A stretch of 56,739 nt of DNA from Candidatus Bathyarchaeota archaeon (GTDB taxonomy: Archaea; Thermoproteota; Bathyarchaeia; Bathyarchaeales; Bathyarchaeaceae). A program made the translations under genes and the position numbers. The stretch's first letter is position 1, and each line of letters opens with the position of its first letter. The notes beneath the pieces were generated by a model. It searched no databases, had not been told where the DNA came from, and saw only the letters and a list, made by a program, of their open reading frames with translations. Shown here piece by piece: positions 10,649 through 20,640 of the stretch. Location: the NCBI GenBank assembly GCA_963697165.1, contig CAVOMX010000003.1, forward strand, positions 1-56,739, in the 5' to 3' direction.

Positions 10649-10900
10649 CTAAGTGATTATTTCTGCTTCTGCGTTCAAGGGATCTGTTTTCGTTATCGTT
10701 ACCTTTATGTGGTCTCCAGGCTTTGTGTCGGCAATTAAAATTAAGAACCCTTTGATTCTAGCTATGCCTGCCCCGTTTGGGGTTGTTTCTGTTATATCCA
10801 CTTCATACTCATTTCCTATCTCAACGGGGCATTTGTTAACGAATCTATCACGTCTATTCTTGGCGTTTCTCTGACTTTTTTTCATGGACTTCTCCGACAT
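10649..10900 (-). CDS. Stand-alone TRAM-domain RNA chaperone
   Basis: PVEIGNEYEVDI....G.GIARIKGF.I.I.DTKPGD..KV.I....AEAEI. Confidence 0.9.
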   Translation of the reverse strand: MSEKSMKKSQRNAKNRRDRFVNKCPVEIGNEYEVDITETTPNGAGIARIKGFLILIADTKPGDHIKVTITKTDPLNAEAEIIT

Positions 10901-11408
10901 CTTCCTCTTTCTATATATATAGTAATTATTTGTGCCTCTTAAGGTTTAAATGTTCTGAATTTTGTGCCGTCTTCTTTTAACAACTTGATTTTTTTGACTC
11001 TAGAATTCTATACTGTCATGTGCTAACATATTTTTTAACTTAGTTTTTTGTGTGGGGAGGCGAGCGGGAGAGCAGGTTTAAACGCACGGGTACACTAAAC
11101 GTATGGGTACACGCACACGGACACGATTACGTGAGTTTGGGGGATAAATTTTAACCAATAATGGTCCCCGAAGACCATAGCCCCAATCTTTCGGCATAAC
11201 AATTTCGACTCTGTAATTAGCCACTTTACTTGTTCTAGGATTGTTTTGGGTTTTGAGTCCCAGCAATCTGACAACAAAATTAATAATGCATTATTTAGAC
11301 AAAGGCGTCAGCGTTGCGAGTTCTCAGGAATCCTCAGTATATACTAGGAAATAGCAAAGATGAAAAGGGACAATGTGGACACACTACTGAAATGGTGGGA
11401 GTTATAGT

Positions 11409-11594
11409 ATGAGCGAAACAAATCTAGTATCAATTCAGTTGAATGGAGAAAAACAGGATTTCATTTTAAACAAAAAGGACTTCAAAACAGGAAGCAGAGG
11501 TTACCATGCACAGGGAAAGATGCAGATTGGTGACAAACGGTACCAATGCAACATCTTGTGTGTGGAGATAGGCTCAAAACCTAAAGACAAGTAA
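11409..11594 (+). CDS. Small beta-rich protein of unknown function
   Basis: 61 aa, GGTGGGAG upstream, conserved-looking KDFKTGSRGY..GK..IG..YQ.NI..V.IGSK pattern. Confidence 0.65.
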   Translation: MSETNLVSIQLNGEKQDFILNKKDFKTGSRGYHAQGKMQIGDKRYQCNILCVEIGSKPKDK

Positions 11595-11719
11595 AAGCTC
11601 ATCTACCATTTTTCACGTAACTTCTCAGGCGATGCTTAGACTACCTGATTTTTTTGAAATAATATTTTATACCAACAAAAAAAGGGAAAGACGCTAGAGA
11701 GGTTTTCCTGCAGACAGGT

Positions 11720-11836
11720 TTAATCTACAAGATTCATGTCTTGTCCGCAGCAAACCAGAGTTCCGGCGCCAGATTCTATAACTTGCACTTTATTTCCACA
11801 TATCTCACAAAGGTATATTTGTCCTTCTTCAGTCAG
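11720..11836 (-). CDS. Desulforedoxin (38 aa, CTG start; absent from the ORF track)
   Basis: (M)TEEGQIYLCEICGNKVQVIESGAGTLVCCGQDMNLVD has the CxxC...CC desulforedoxin signature; SD AGGAGGTG lies 6 nt upstream; directly downstream of rubrerythrin. Confidence 0.9.
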   Translation of the reverse strand: MTEEGQIYLCEICGNKVQVIESGAGTLVCCGQDMNLVD

Positions 11837-11868
11837 GTTCTACACCTCCTAACATACATTATTTTGTT

Positions 11869-12441
11869 TCAGTAGTTTTCGCACAAAACTTCAAAGTAGC
11901 TTCTTGCGTGGTCACAGACCGGACATTTTTTAGGAGCTTGGTTCCCCTCGTACACGTGACCACAGTTTCTGCATTTCCACTTGATACTTTTGTCTTTTTT
12001 GAACACTTTACCTTGTTCAACGTTTGCCAACAATTTGCGGTATCTTTGTTCATGCTCCTTCTCTACTTGTGCTACCGTACGAAAAGTGTTCGCTATCTTT
12101 GGGAAGCCCTCTTTTTCTGCTAAATCAGCAAAATTGGGATATAATGTTCCCCATTCTAGTTTCTCTCCTTCTGCTGCTTCCTTTAGATTCTCTGCTGTGT
12201 TTGAGATTATTCCTGCTGGGTAAGAAGCTGTGATTTCTACCATTCCACCTTTGAGAAGTTTGAAAAAGAGTTCAGCGTGTTCTTTTTCGTTGCCTGCTGT
12301 TTCCGTAAATATTGCTGAAATCTGTTCGTAGCCTTCCTTCGTTGCTACACTAGCGAAAAATGTGTATCGGTTTCTTGCTTGGGACTCACCGGCAAATGCT
12401 TTGAGTAAATTTTTCTCAGTTTTGCTTCCTTTCAATTCCAT
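11869..12441 (-). CDS. rbr: Rubrerythrin
   Basis: [24 protein letters not shown], ExxH diiron motifs, C-terminal WKCRNCG..CPVC rubredoxin-like domain; SD GGAGG before the ATG at 12441. Confidence 0.97.
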   Translation of the reverse strand: MELKGSKTEKNLLKAFAGESQARNRYTFFASVATKEGYEQISAIFTETAGNEKEHAELFFKLLKGGMVEITASYPAGIISNTAENLKEAAEGEKLEWGTLYPNFADLAEKEGFPKIANTFRTVAQVEKEHEQRYRKLLANVEQGKVFKKDKSIKWKCRNCGHVYEGNQAPKKCPVCDHARSYFEVLCENY

Positions 12442-12603
12442 GTTCAAAACCTCCTGTTCGTACTAAAAATTCGTTCTTCACAACTCTTAAACCTATCTGC
12501 AAGCCAAAAATTGTTGCTTGGAAAACGTAAATCAGCTGGCAGCCTCAGCTAACCAGTCTAAGCCTATTGGCATAATATTTTTTATCACAGATCTTATATT
12601 ATA

Positions 12604-13081
12604 AAAGAAATCTGTAACTCATCAAAGTTCACACAGGGTTTTCGAAAAATTTCTCCTATCAGGTTTTGGTTCACATGTCATAACAAATTGGGATTCTATA
12701 ACTATAATTGACAGAGTTTACAATTCCAGCAAAGCCCTGACTTTGATGAACAACGGGGACCTAACTGCCAAAAATTGGTTAGTGAAAACTTCAATTGATG
12801 CCGCCAATATTTTATGTTATTAGGATGGCAACATCACCTTTAATGTTCACTGCATCGAAAATGTCGGTAATTCAGTTCTAGCATCTATCTGGTCAGAAGG
12901 GCAGAAGTTTGTGGAATCTTCAGGTGGAAAAAATCATAGTGACAAACAATGGTTGGATAATTGGAAAAGCAGCAAAAATGACGGTTTCTATTCAAGATTA
13001 ATTTACATTCTAGCCCTTATTGATGCTGTAATTGTAATAATAGTCGTATTCTTTATGAAAAAGAAAATGAAGCAAACCTAA
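12604..13081 (+). pseudogene. Fragment of a membrane-anchored surface protein with an in-frame TAG
   Basis: One frame open for about 160 codons except TAG at 12821-12823; ends LIYILALIDAVIVIIVVFFMKKKMKQT*; no convincing start. Confidence 0.5.
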
Positions 13082-13127
13082 ATTTTTTCTAAACCAGATT
13101 TAAAAAAGAACCAATCAGTTTTATGCA

Positions 13128-13313
13128 TTAAACAGCTTCTTTCAAGTCACAGGGAAGGTAAAGTGTCTGCTCTGCAAGGAAGGCACCTAGCAAATTACAG
13201 TAGAACCGCCCCTCTACCTTGTCAATGTGCTTGCACGTTTTGCATACGCTTTCTGTTCCAGAGTATTTTCCGAGCACAGTTTGGTTAGTCATGCTAACTC
13301 TTCTGTTTTTCAT
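13128..13313 (-). CDS. Small Cys-rich protein (putative metal-binding)
   Basis: CKTCKH..FYC..PC pattern; lies downstream of the MFS gene on the same strand. Confidence 0.55.
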   Translation of the reverse strand: MKNRRVSMTNQTVLGKYSGTESVCKTCKHIDKVEGRFYCNLLGAFLAEQTLYLPCDLKEAV

Positions 13314-13418
13314 CTACATTAAAATCCTTTCGGAACATAAGAACAAGTTTTGTTTACTAACCCATTCTGTTTTTCGCCTGAAGACTTGGCGTTTCCATCT
13401 TGATGCCGTAGGCGGTCT

Positions 13419-13973
13419 TTAGTTGATTTGTGCACGTGACCTCAAAATGAAAAAACCCGATAATGCGTAACAGGAGAAACACAAAAAGAATAACGATTCA
13501 AACCCGAGGCTGCTTACTACAATTCCAGATAATAGTGCAGCTAATGCCCCTGATAGGTCGTCGAAAGAATCAAATATGCCTAGGATTAGCCCTCGAGATG
13601 GTTTGTCGCTAATGATCGCCATTAGTGTGAGAAGAGCTGGTCTCTGGAAGGCGAATGATATTCCGTAGATGAACTCGATTACATAAAGGTGCATTATGTC
13701 CAATGCAAAGATGTAGGATAGTGAACTTAATCCACACCCAAAGATTCCTATGAACAAGATTTTCCATTTTCCATACTTGTCGACTAATTTTCCGGCGGGC
13801 ATCTTGAAACCTGCTGATGTTAATAAAAAGACTGCTGAAAGTATGCCTACGTGCAAAAAGGATACCGAAAAGCGTCTAATAACAAATATTGAGTATACTG
13901 GACCCAGAAAGCCTATTCCTAGAGAGGAAAATGAAATGAGAGTTACCATCATTTTGATCGATAATCGTTGCAA
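13419..13973 (-). CDS. Half-size (about 6 TM) MFS transporter
   Basis: MFS motif A GKLVDKYGKW, RG..LG motif, six hydrophobic segments, 184 aa. Confidence 0.8.
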   Translation of the reverse strand: MQRLSIKMMVTLISFSSLGIGFLGPVYSIFVIRRFSVSFLHVGILSAVFLLTSAGFKMPAGKLVDKYGKWKILFIGIFGCGLSSLSYIFALDIMHLYVIEFIYGISFAFQRPALLTLMAIISDKPSRGLILGIFDSFDDLSGALAALLSGIVVSSLGFESLFFLCFSCYALSGFFILRSRAQIN

Positions 13974-14101
13974 AGATTTTCCTCCATTTATATCACTCTG
14001 CTTGTTTTATTATGATATAAACGTTTAGATTTTTGTACAAGTGTTTACTAATCCAACATGCGTTAAATATATATACTGATTGTTAAATTATCATCATTAT
14101 T

Positions 14102-14380
14102 ATGGAGAAACTAGACGAGCTATTTGGTCCCTCAAAATATCTGGCAGTCCTCGACTTGTTCCTTCAAAATCCAGGAGAATTCATGAATCTGCGGGAGATC
14201 GCTAGAAGACTAAACAAGAACCCCGGAAGCATAATACATGTTCTTCCCGTTCTCGTCGATAGGAACTACATCTCCTTTACAAGAATCGGAACAAAAGTGG
14301 TTGCATACAAACTAAACAAAGACAACCACGTAGTAAATATTCTACAACAGCTACTCCAGAATATCAAAAAAGAAGCATAA
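14102..14380 (+). CDS. Winged helix-turn-helix transcriptional regulator
   Basis: LFG....AVLDLFLQNP..MNLREIARRL..NPGSI..L..LV; divergent from the MFS gene. Confidence 0.8.
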   Translation: MEKLDELFGPSKYLAVLDLFLQNPGEFMNLREIARRLNKNPGSIIHVLPVLVDRNYISFTRIGTKVVAYKLNKDNHVVNILQQLLQNIKKEA

Positions 14381-15069
14381 ACTTCGCGTGGGAAGTAGGC
14401 GCATTCATAGAATATACACTCTGCAATTGGTGAAGCACTCAAATAAACTGCGTTGTTGAGCCCTTCACTTTCAATCTGTTTTTGTTTCGTGTATTATTTG
14501 GTGACCAGTTTCTTATTTGGGGCGTATCGTATGGAGTAAACTGTTCCTGAGTTGACTAGGCTGCTGAATTTGCTGTGAATGAGGGTGACTGTGCTGTAGC
14601 TGCGTATGCTTTTGTTTTGTGTTTTGGTTTGTAATTATGCGTCTGTGAATTTTTTGCCTGTTTTTTTGTGTGTTTTAATTTAAATTTTTTATCTACAAGT
14701 ATAATTAACCGTATTGAATATGAATCTGTCTGATTGACTTCTAAATATATGAATTCTTCATACTGTTATAATTTTGTATGTATTATATTCATATCGCCTA
14801 AACATTATTGTCCTGTTTTTGGCTGTTACATCAATTCACTTTTCTGTTTCGCTTTTTGTGGGTAAAAAACGGGTTAACTGGAGGTTGTTTTAAGTTTAGT
14901 TAAGAGTGTTAATGATTGATGTTGTGTATGTGTTGGTATCTATGCTTGTTTAAAAGTGTCTTATGTGTAATTTCGGAAAAGGAGCTGTTTTTGACAGTTA
15001 ACGATATATCTACATGTTAACAACAGTTATTTCGATCTTTTATAGTATTTTTCGGTTGGGTGTTAGAAT

Positions 15070-16587
15070 TTGATCTCATGGAAGTATTCTTTCGAGAAAA
15101 TAGGCAAGGATTTGGAATTAGCTAAGAAAAAGAAGCAAGCCCTTGACAATCTTTTCAATTCAGGCAGAATTTCGGTGTCTACATATGACTCGCTTGACAA
15201 CGATCTTTCTGCTGTTATCTCCGATGTAGAGATGCAACAGAAAATTCTCGCTGACAATCTGGCCGCCAAAGTAGAGGATCTAGAAAAGCAGATTGGTACC
15301 TTGGAAATATTTCTCGCCAACTCTGAAATCCAGTATGTTGCAGGAGAGATTAACGAAGAATTACACGCTAACGAAAGTAGCGCATTCTCAAATGGTCTCA
15401 ACTCATTGAAAACCCAGTTGAGTTACCTCAAGGAGACAGTAACCACCATTGCACCAGAAGTTGCGGAACCCATGCCTCTATCTGCACCAGTAGAAGCTGA
15501 ACCGCTGGGACTCGCTGAAGAAATCGTTGAGGAAGCTGCTGAAATGGCTGTTGATGTTCCAGTTGAGGCTCCTGTTGCGGTTCCCGTTGTATCTGCCGTC
15601 GAAGCTCCTGTTGAAGCAGTTGTTGAAGCTCCAGTTTATTCGCCCATTGAAATGCCAATTGAGGAAACCGTAGAAATTCCCGCTGAGATGCCCATTGAGG
15701 CTGTTATTGAGGTTCCCGAAGTCACAGTTGAGACTCCTATTGGAGCACCAGTTGTAGAGACCTTTGCTCCTTATGTTGAGGTTCCAGTTGAAGAAGAAAC
15801 TCTAGAAGCTCCAATTGAAGCAATTGTTGAGGCTCCAGTTTATGCGCCCATTGAAATGCCAGTTGAGGTTCCAGTTGAGGAAACTATAGAAATACCTGCT
15901 GAGATAACTGTTGAAGTTCCCGAAGTTCCAGTTGCAGTCCCTATAGAAGCACCAGTTGAGGAAACTTTTGAAGAAACATATACTCCTTACGTTGAAGTTC
16001 CAGTTGAAGAAGAAAGCCTAGAAACTCAAGTTGAAGTTTCAGATGAGACGCCCGCTGAGGCGCCAGTTGAAGCTGTTTTGGAAACTCAAGTTGAGGTTCG
16101 TGAAGTTGTTGTTGAAGCCGCAGTTGAAGAGACATATGCTCCTTATGTTGAGGTTCCTGAAGCCACCGTTGAAGCTCCAATAGAGGAGATGACAGATGTT
16201 ACAATTGATGCTGCTATTGAGGCTCCTGTTGAGGACGCAATCGAAGTTGAACCAATGTTTGATGAATTATCTGTCGATGAATCTCTAGAAACACTGACAA
16301 CTGAAGTAACAGAAGAATATATTGACATAACCGCTGAAGAGACTGTTGAAATGCCCTCCACCGAGGAAGTAACCGATGTTGAAGTACTGTCTGAGGCACC
16401 ACTAGAAGAAATTGCAACTGAAGAAGAGGCATCCACTGAAGACGTCTATGAAGAATCCGATCTTGCAGAGACTACAACCGAAACAGCTAGAGAAGACGCT
16501 ATAACTGAAGAAGAAGCATCAATCGAAGAAGAAGTTGCAGACGACGAAGAACTAACCATCGAAGAAGATGACTACGGAAGCTACTAA
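15070..16587 (+). CDS. CdvA-like coiled-coil protein with a long acidic Glu/Pro/Val/Ala-rich repeat tail
   Basis: LAKKKKQALDNLF.SGRIS..TY..LE.FLAN.EIQY.AGEI.EE matches the CdvA-like coiled coil; residues ~125-505 are low complexity. Confidence 0.75.
   Translation: MISWKYSFEKIGKDLELAKKKKQALDNLFNSGRISVSTYDSLDNDLSAVISDVEMQQKILADNLAAKVEDLEKQIGTLEIFLANSEIQYVAGEINEELHANESSAFSNGLNSLKTQLSYLKETVTTIAPEVAEPMPLSAPVEAEPLGLAEEIVEEAAEMAVDVPVEAPVAVPVVSAVEAPVEAVVEAPVYSPIEMPIEETVEIPAEMPIEAVIEVPEVTVETPIGAPVVETFAPYVEVPVEEETLEAPIEAIVEAPVYAPIEMPVEVPVEETIEIPAEITVEVPEVPVAVPIEAPVEETFEETYTPYVEVPVEEESLETQVEVSDETPAEAPVEAVLETQVEVREVVVEAAVEETYAPYVEVPEATVEAPIEEMTDVTIDAAIEAPVEDAIEVEPMFDELSVDESLETLTTEVTEEYIDITAEETVEMPSTEEVTDVEVLSEAPLEEIATEEEASTEDVYEESDLAETTTETAREDAITEEEASIEEEVADDEELTIEEDDYGSY
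15580..16240 (+). repeat. Coding degenerate tandem repeats (about 70-aa units)
   Basis: EAPVY(S/A)PIEMP..EET.EIPAE...EVPEV...ET(F/Y)(A/T)PYVEVP recurs 2-3 times. Confidence 0.75.
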
Positions 16588-16959
16588 ACAGCTAAAAACC
16601 AATTTTTTTCAAATCCCTAACCCTTTCTTTATCTTTTTTCGTTACCAACGTTTTTTCTTAACTACAAATACACTTATTTTTCTGCTCGCTCCCGAGATTT
16701 GTTGAGAACTGCTTCTCTGTTGTTCTTCACTAATTGCGTTTATCAAAATAGTTGGGGTGAACCTGTAAACCTTCGTGTTGAACTTAAAAAAAGTGAAAAC
16801 TTTGCGGAACTGGAGCCTCTTTTGAGGCGTGGTGGGCTCTTTCTGATGTTTGTCTTGCTGGAGTTATTGTGTGGTTGGCGTAGTGGATACGTAACATTTA
16901 TGAATGGTGCTTGAGGCTAGACATCAGCAGAGAAGCCTAGTAATTAAGGAAGGATATAT

Positions 16960-17788
16960 GTGCCAATTCAGAAAAGTGACTTTGTTCTTGTTGATTACGT
17001 TGGTAAAGTTAAGGAGACAGGAGATGTTTTTGACACAACCTCCGAGGAAACCGCAAAAGAGAACAAACTCTACCATGAGGGAGACATCTACGAGCCAAGA
17101 CTCGTGGTGGTCGGAGAAGGATGGGTGCTAAAAGCCCTAGACGATGCCCTCCTTACATTAAAACTAAATAAAAAAGAAACTGTCGAGGTTCCTCCAGAGA
17201 ATGCCTTCGGAGACAGAGATCCGGAAAAAGTGAAGCTTGTTCCAATCAGGCGGCTGGTAGCCCGCGGAATAAACCCTCAGCTTGGAGCACAGATCGAGTA
17301 TGACAAGAGACTCGCAACTGTACGAACCATGGGGTCTGGACGAGTAACACTTGACTTCAATCCACCTTTGGCTGGCAAAACATTGGTTTACGATGTTACT
17401 GTCCAGAAGACACTTAAAACTGCTGAAGAAAAAATTTCTGCTCTTATTCATCGTCGAATACCTGCGGTTGAGGTTGAAAAATTCGACTTTAAAGTTGGAA
17501 CAGCAAACGTTACATTGAACATGCCTGATGAAGCCTTCTACATTGAGGGGATACAGCTGGCAAAAAGAGGCATCGCCCTAGACATACAACGGTTTCTTCC
17601 AGAACTAACAACAATCAAATTCGTTGAATCCTTCAAGAAACCGGAAACTGCTCCAAAGCCCACAACCGAAACCAAAAAGAAAACAACAAAGAAGGCAGGA
17701 ACCGAAAACTAAAACGGTAACCAAGAAGGCAACCAAAACCACACCCAAGAAGACAGCCGAAAAGAAAGCCGCTAAAGAAACCAGCTAA
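16960..17788 (+). CDS. slyD: Long-type archaeal FKBP peptidyl-prolyl isomerase with Lys/Thr/Ala-rich tail (frameshift near 17699)
   Basis: GDVFDTT, VPPENAFG.RD, DFNPPLAGKTL; after the ORF stop at 17712 another frame continues KTKTVTKKATKTTPKKTAEKKAAKETS* to 17788. Confidence 0.9.
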
Positions 17789-17823
17789 CCATCTGTTAAC
17801 TGATCAAATAAAGTAACTTTACA

Positions 17824-18249
17824 TCATTCTTTTTTAGATTTGTATATTCTTGCAGTGTTGCCGTTTGCGCAGCACACTATACATTTGTTGCTGTCTATTG
17901 TTGGGTCAGTGAGTGCACATAGTTCACACATAACACCTTTTTCTCTGATTATTCCGCAGATGGTACAAAGTTTTGCTGCAAGTTCATATTTATCAATCTG
18001 ACCATTCGCCAACGAGGAAACTGTTTCTTTTAGAATTACATTCGCTTCTTCTATTCTTTGAACTTCAATAACTGTGCCTCTGTAGAATCTTGTATATTTG
18101 CTCACAGCAGTTTGGGTTATTCCTAACAGTTCCGCTGTTTCTTTTTGTTTGAGTCCATGAGATTGTGTTAGCTCTCGGGCTATGGCTGAACGAATGGCTG
18201 GAATTACTGATTTGACTGCGACTTCGCAGGGAAGCACGTTTAGGTTCAC
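17824..18249 (-). CDS. HTH transcriptional regulator (COG2522/ThiR N-terminal-like) with Cys-rich C-terminus
   Basis: PCEVAVKSVIPAIRSAIARELT..GLKQKETAELLGITQTAVSKY; CxxC..CxxC..CxxC. Confidence 0.85.
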   Translation of the reverse strand: MNLNVLPCEVAVKSVIPAIRSAIARELTQSHGLKQKETAELLGITQTAVSKYTRFYRGTVIEVQRIEEANVILKETVSSLANGQIDKYELAAKLCTICGIIREKGVMCELCALTDPTIDSNKCIVCCANGNTARIYKSKKE

Positions 18250-18283
18250 CAGAATATACTGTTAATGTAAATTGTATATAAGA

Positions 18284-18297
18284 ATGACGTATGTCAT
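18284..18297. promoter_or_regulatory. Palindrome ATGAC-N4-GTCAT beside the TATA box of the COG2522 gene
   Basis: Perfect inverted repeat about 35 nt upstream of the start; the paralogue at 37275 has ATAAC-N3-GTTAT. Confidence 0.4.
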
Positions 18298-18325
18298 ATC
18301 GGTTTTAAGTGTGAACATTAAGCTG

Positions 18326-19004
18326 CTAACAAGATGTGCTAAAAACAAAATTCAGTATCTTCTCTTTTTCACGTAAAGACTCAACAATTAAGTCTGGGTG
18401 TTCTTCTTGAAATTCCTCTTTACTGTAGACTCCCGAAGAAACAGCTATACACTTCATATTTGCTGCTTTTGCGGCTCTTACACCAAAAACCGAATCCTCA
18501 ACAACTACACAATCTTTAGCGTCAACTCCCAGCCTTGCTGCAGCCATTAGAAAAACTTCTGGGTCAGGTTTCGGATTAGCAACTTCATCTGCCGAAACCA
18601 CAACATCAAAGTATGTTTTGATTCTTTTTTCCGAAAGCAAGTTGTCAACGACTTTTCTGGCGCTCATAGTTGCCAATGCCATCTTTGTTTTTCCTTGTAG
18701 TACCTCTAAAAGTTCAGATGACTCCATCGAAGAGGCTCACAATTTCTGTGAGTCCTGCTTGAATCCTAATCTTTTCCGAAGCAAGCTTTTCCAGCGTCGA
18801 AACATCGAGTCTCATGTTGCATTTTCTGAAGGCTTCTATGATTGTCTTCTTTGTTCCAATGCCCATGCGTCTCTCAATAAATTCGTCACTAACACTGCAT
18901 TCCTCTTCTGTCAATACCTTCTGGAAAGACTGAACTACCGCCTTCTTGGTATCAGCAAGCGTTCCATCCCAATCAAAGATAACGGCTTCAACCATCAAAA
19001 TCAC
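18326..19004 (-). CDS. HAD-superfamily phosphatase (beta-PGM/CbbY/Gph-like; frameshift near 18720)
   Basis: IFDWDGTL motif I, KPDPEVF motif III, VVEDS..GV.AAKAA motif IV across the two ORFs; 12 nt downstream of the AMP phosphorylase. Confidence 0.85.
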
Positions 19005-19016
19005 AAATCAAGTTGC

Positions 19017-20576
19017 TTATCGTTCCAGAATGAACGGTTTCTCATACGATACCCTCTTAGGTGGAATGCGGTCAACAAGCATTTTCTCGCCAAACTTTCC
19101 AGTTACCCCAATTGCGTCAAGATTCTTGGCTAACCGAACAGCAGACTCCAGCTTTTGTGTGCTCCCAGAATAAATCCTGTATATCACATCTCCCTTTGCA
19201 ACCTTATCTCCAAGCTTCATATTCAACAATACGCCTGCAGCCTTAGTCTTAGGAGCCCCCGCCACTCTTGCTATCTGCGCCATAGCCATGTTGTTTATCC
19301 ACTGAACCGTCCCCACTTCCTCGGAACAAATCTCCACAACTTCCTTTCCAATCTCTATGTCCTCAGGTTTCACGTTTGGGTCGCCGCCTTGAGCAGCAAT
19401 AATCTCTCTGAGCTTTTTCTCGGCTTTACCCGATTTGAGCAGCGCGTTTGCTTTTTGTATGCCATCATCGACTCCCATCATCTCAAAAAGTAGCCCTGCC
19501 AAACTAGTCGCCTTGTTCACCAAGTCTATGGGGCCTTTACCCATCAGCGCCAAAAGAGCTTCTCTAGCTTCAAGAGCTGGTCCTATGGCGTATCCGATTG
19601 GCTGCTCCCCAAAAGTTACTCCACACTGAACATGTATGTTCAATCTTTTACCCAGCTCTATGAAATCTTGTGCCAATGCTTGGGCTTCTCCGATTGTTTT
19701 GATCTTTGCGCCTCTTCCTGTAGGTATATCTACCACAAGGTAGTCTGCGCCTATAGCCTTCTTTTTACTTAGAATTGAGGGTAACAGAAGAGGATCAATC
19801 GAAAGAGGATACTCAACCTGAATTAGCAAATCGTCCGCCGGAGCAAGGTCAAGCGCTCCACCCCAAGCTAGGCAAGCATTAGTTTTCTTCACCACGCTCC
19901 TCATTTCTTCGCCTGTCAAGTCAACAGGACACAAAACCTCAACCCGATCGGCTGTGCCTGCAGGAGAAGTTATCGCCCGAGAGGACGTTTTGGGAATCGT
20001 GAAGCCAGCGGCGGAAACTATGGGAACAACAAGGATTGTGGTTTTGTCTCCTGGAACTCCGCCTATGCTGTGTTTATCCAGAACTGGCCCTTTACCGAAA
20101 TCTATGGTTTGTCCTGTCTCTACCATGGAGTTTGTTAGTGCTTCCACTTCATCCATGCTGGTTCCGCGAATGTAAAGGCTGGTGACAAATGCAGCTAGTT
20201 CGACGTCGCTGAGGTGTCTTTCAACAACATCCATGATTATCATTTTGATCTCTTTTGCTCCCAGTTTTCGTCCCATGATTTTTTCTCTGATGTATCCGAG
20301 GGATTCTGGTCTTTCAGCCGGTCGGACAGTTACAGTTTCTCCTTCTTTGGTTTTCAGTTTGTCTTGAACCTCTTCGTATATGCCCAAAGTTTTCTTAGGG
20401 AAGTTTGTGGCTACATTAGCGATGGCGATTATCTTCTGTTTCTTGTATGTGACCTCAACTCTGTCTGAAGAGTGAATTCCCAGCTGGCTCGCGTCTTCGT
20501 CATCTATTACTATTACCTGTTTTCCGCCCGCCCTTATTCCCAGAAGCTTAACCTTGAACTCCATAGTATTCCACAA
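19017..20576 (-). CDS. deoA: AMP phosphorylase
   Basis: N-terminal extension, DKHSIGGVPGDKT, KTSSRAITSPAGTAD, SILSKK, DIPTGRGAK; divergent from RuBisCO. Confidence 0.95.
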   Translation of the reverse strand: MWNTMEFKVKLLGIRAGGKQVIVIDDEDASQLGIHSSDRVEVTYKKQKIIAIANVATNFPKKTLGIYEEVQDKLKTKEGETVTVRPAERPESLGYIREKIMGRKLGAKEIKMIIMDVVERHLSDVELAAFVTSLYIRGTSMDEVEALTNSMVETGQTIDFGKGPVLDKHSIGGVPGDKTTILVVPIVSAAGFTIPKTSSRAITSPAGTADRVEVLCPVDLTGEEMRSVVKKTNACLAWGGALDLAPADDLLIQVEYPLSIDPLLLPSILSKKKAIGADYLVVDIPTGRGAKIKTIGEAQALAQDFIELGKRLNIHVQCGVTFGEQPIGYAIGPALEAREALLALMGKGPIDLVNKATSLAGLLFEMMGVDDGIQKANALLKSGKAEKKLREIIAAQGGDPNVKPEDIEIGKEVVEICSEEVGTVQWINNMAMAQIARVAGAPKTKAAGVLLNMKLGDKVAKGDVIYRIYSGSTQKLESAVRLAKNLDAIGVTGKFGEKMLVDRIPPKRVSYEKPFILER

Positions 20577-20640
20577 CAGTTATTCTATAACTCATCACAA
20601 TTATAATATTAGTTAAATTATACTAGGTTGTTGATTAAGT

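Noticed and set aside
11041..11400. ORFs 11078-11266 and 11095-11277, and the GGGTACAC/ACAC-rich patch
   Set aside because: No SD or recognisable motifs, and the repeats are too short and irregular to call
14381..15069. Replication origin in the long AT-rich gap
   Set aside because: No repeated ORB/G-string boxes and no cdc6/orc1 nearby
15063..16436. Antisense ORFs within the CdvA-like gene, and similar shadow ORFs across the window
   Set aside because: They are by-products of biased codon use on the opposite strand of well-supported genes
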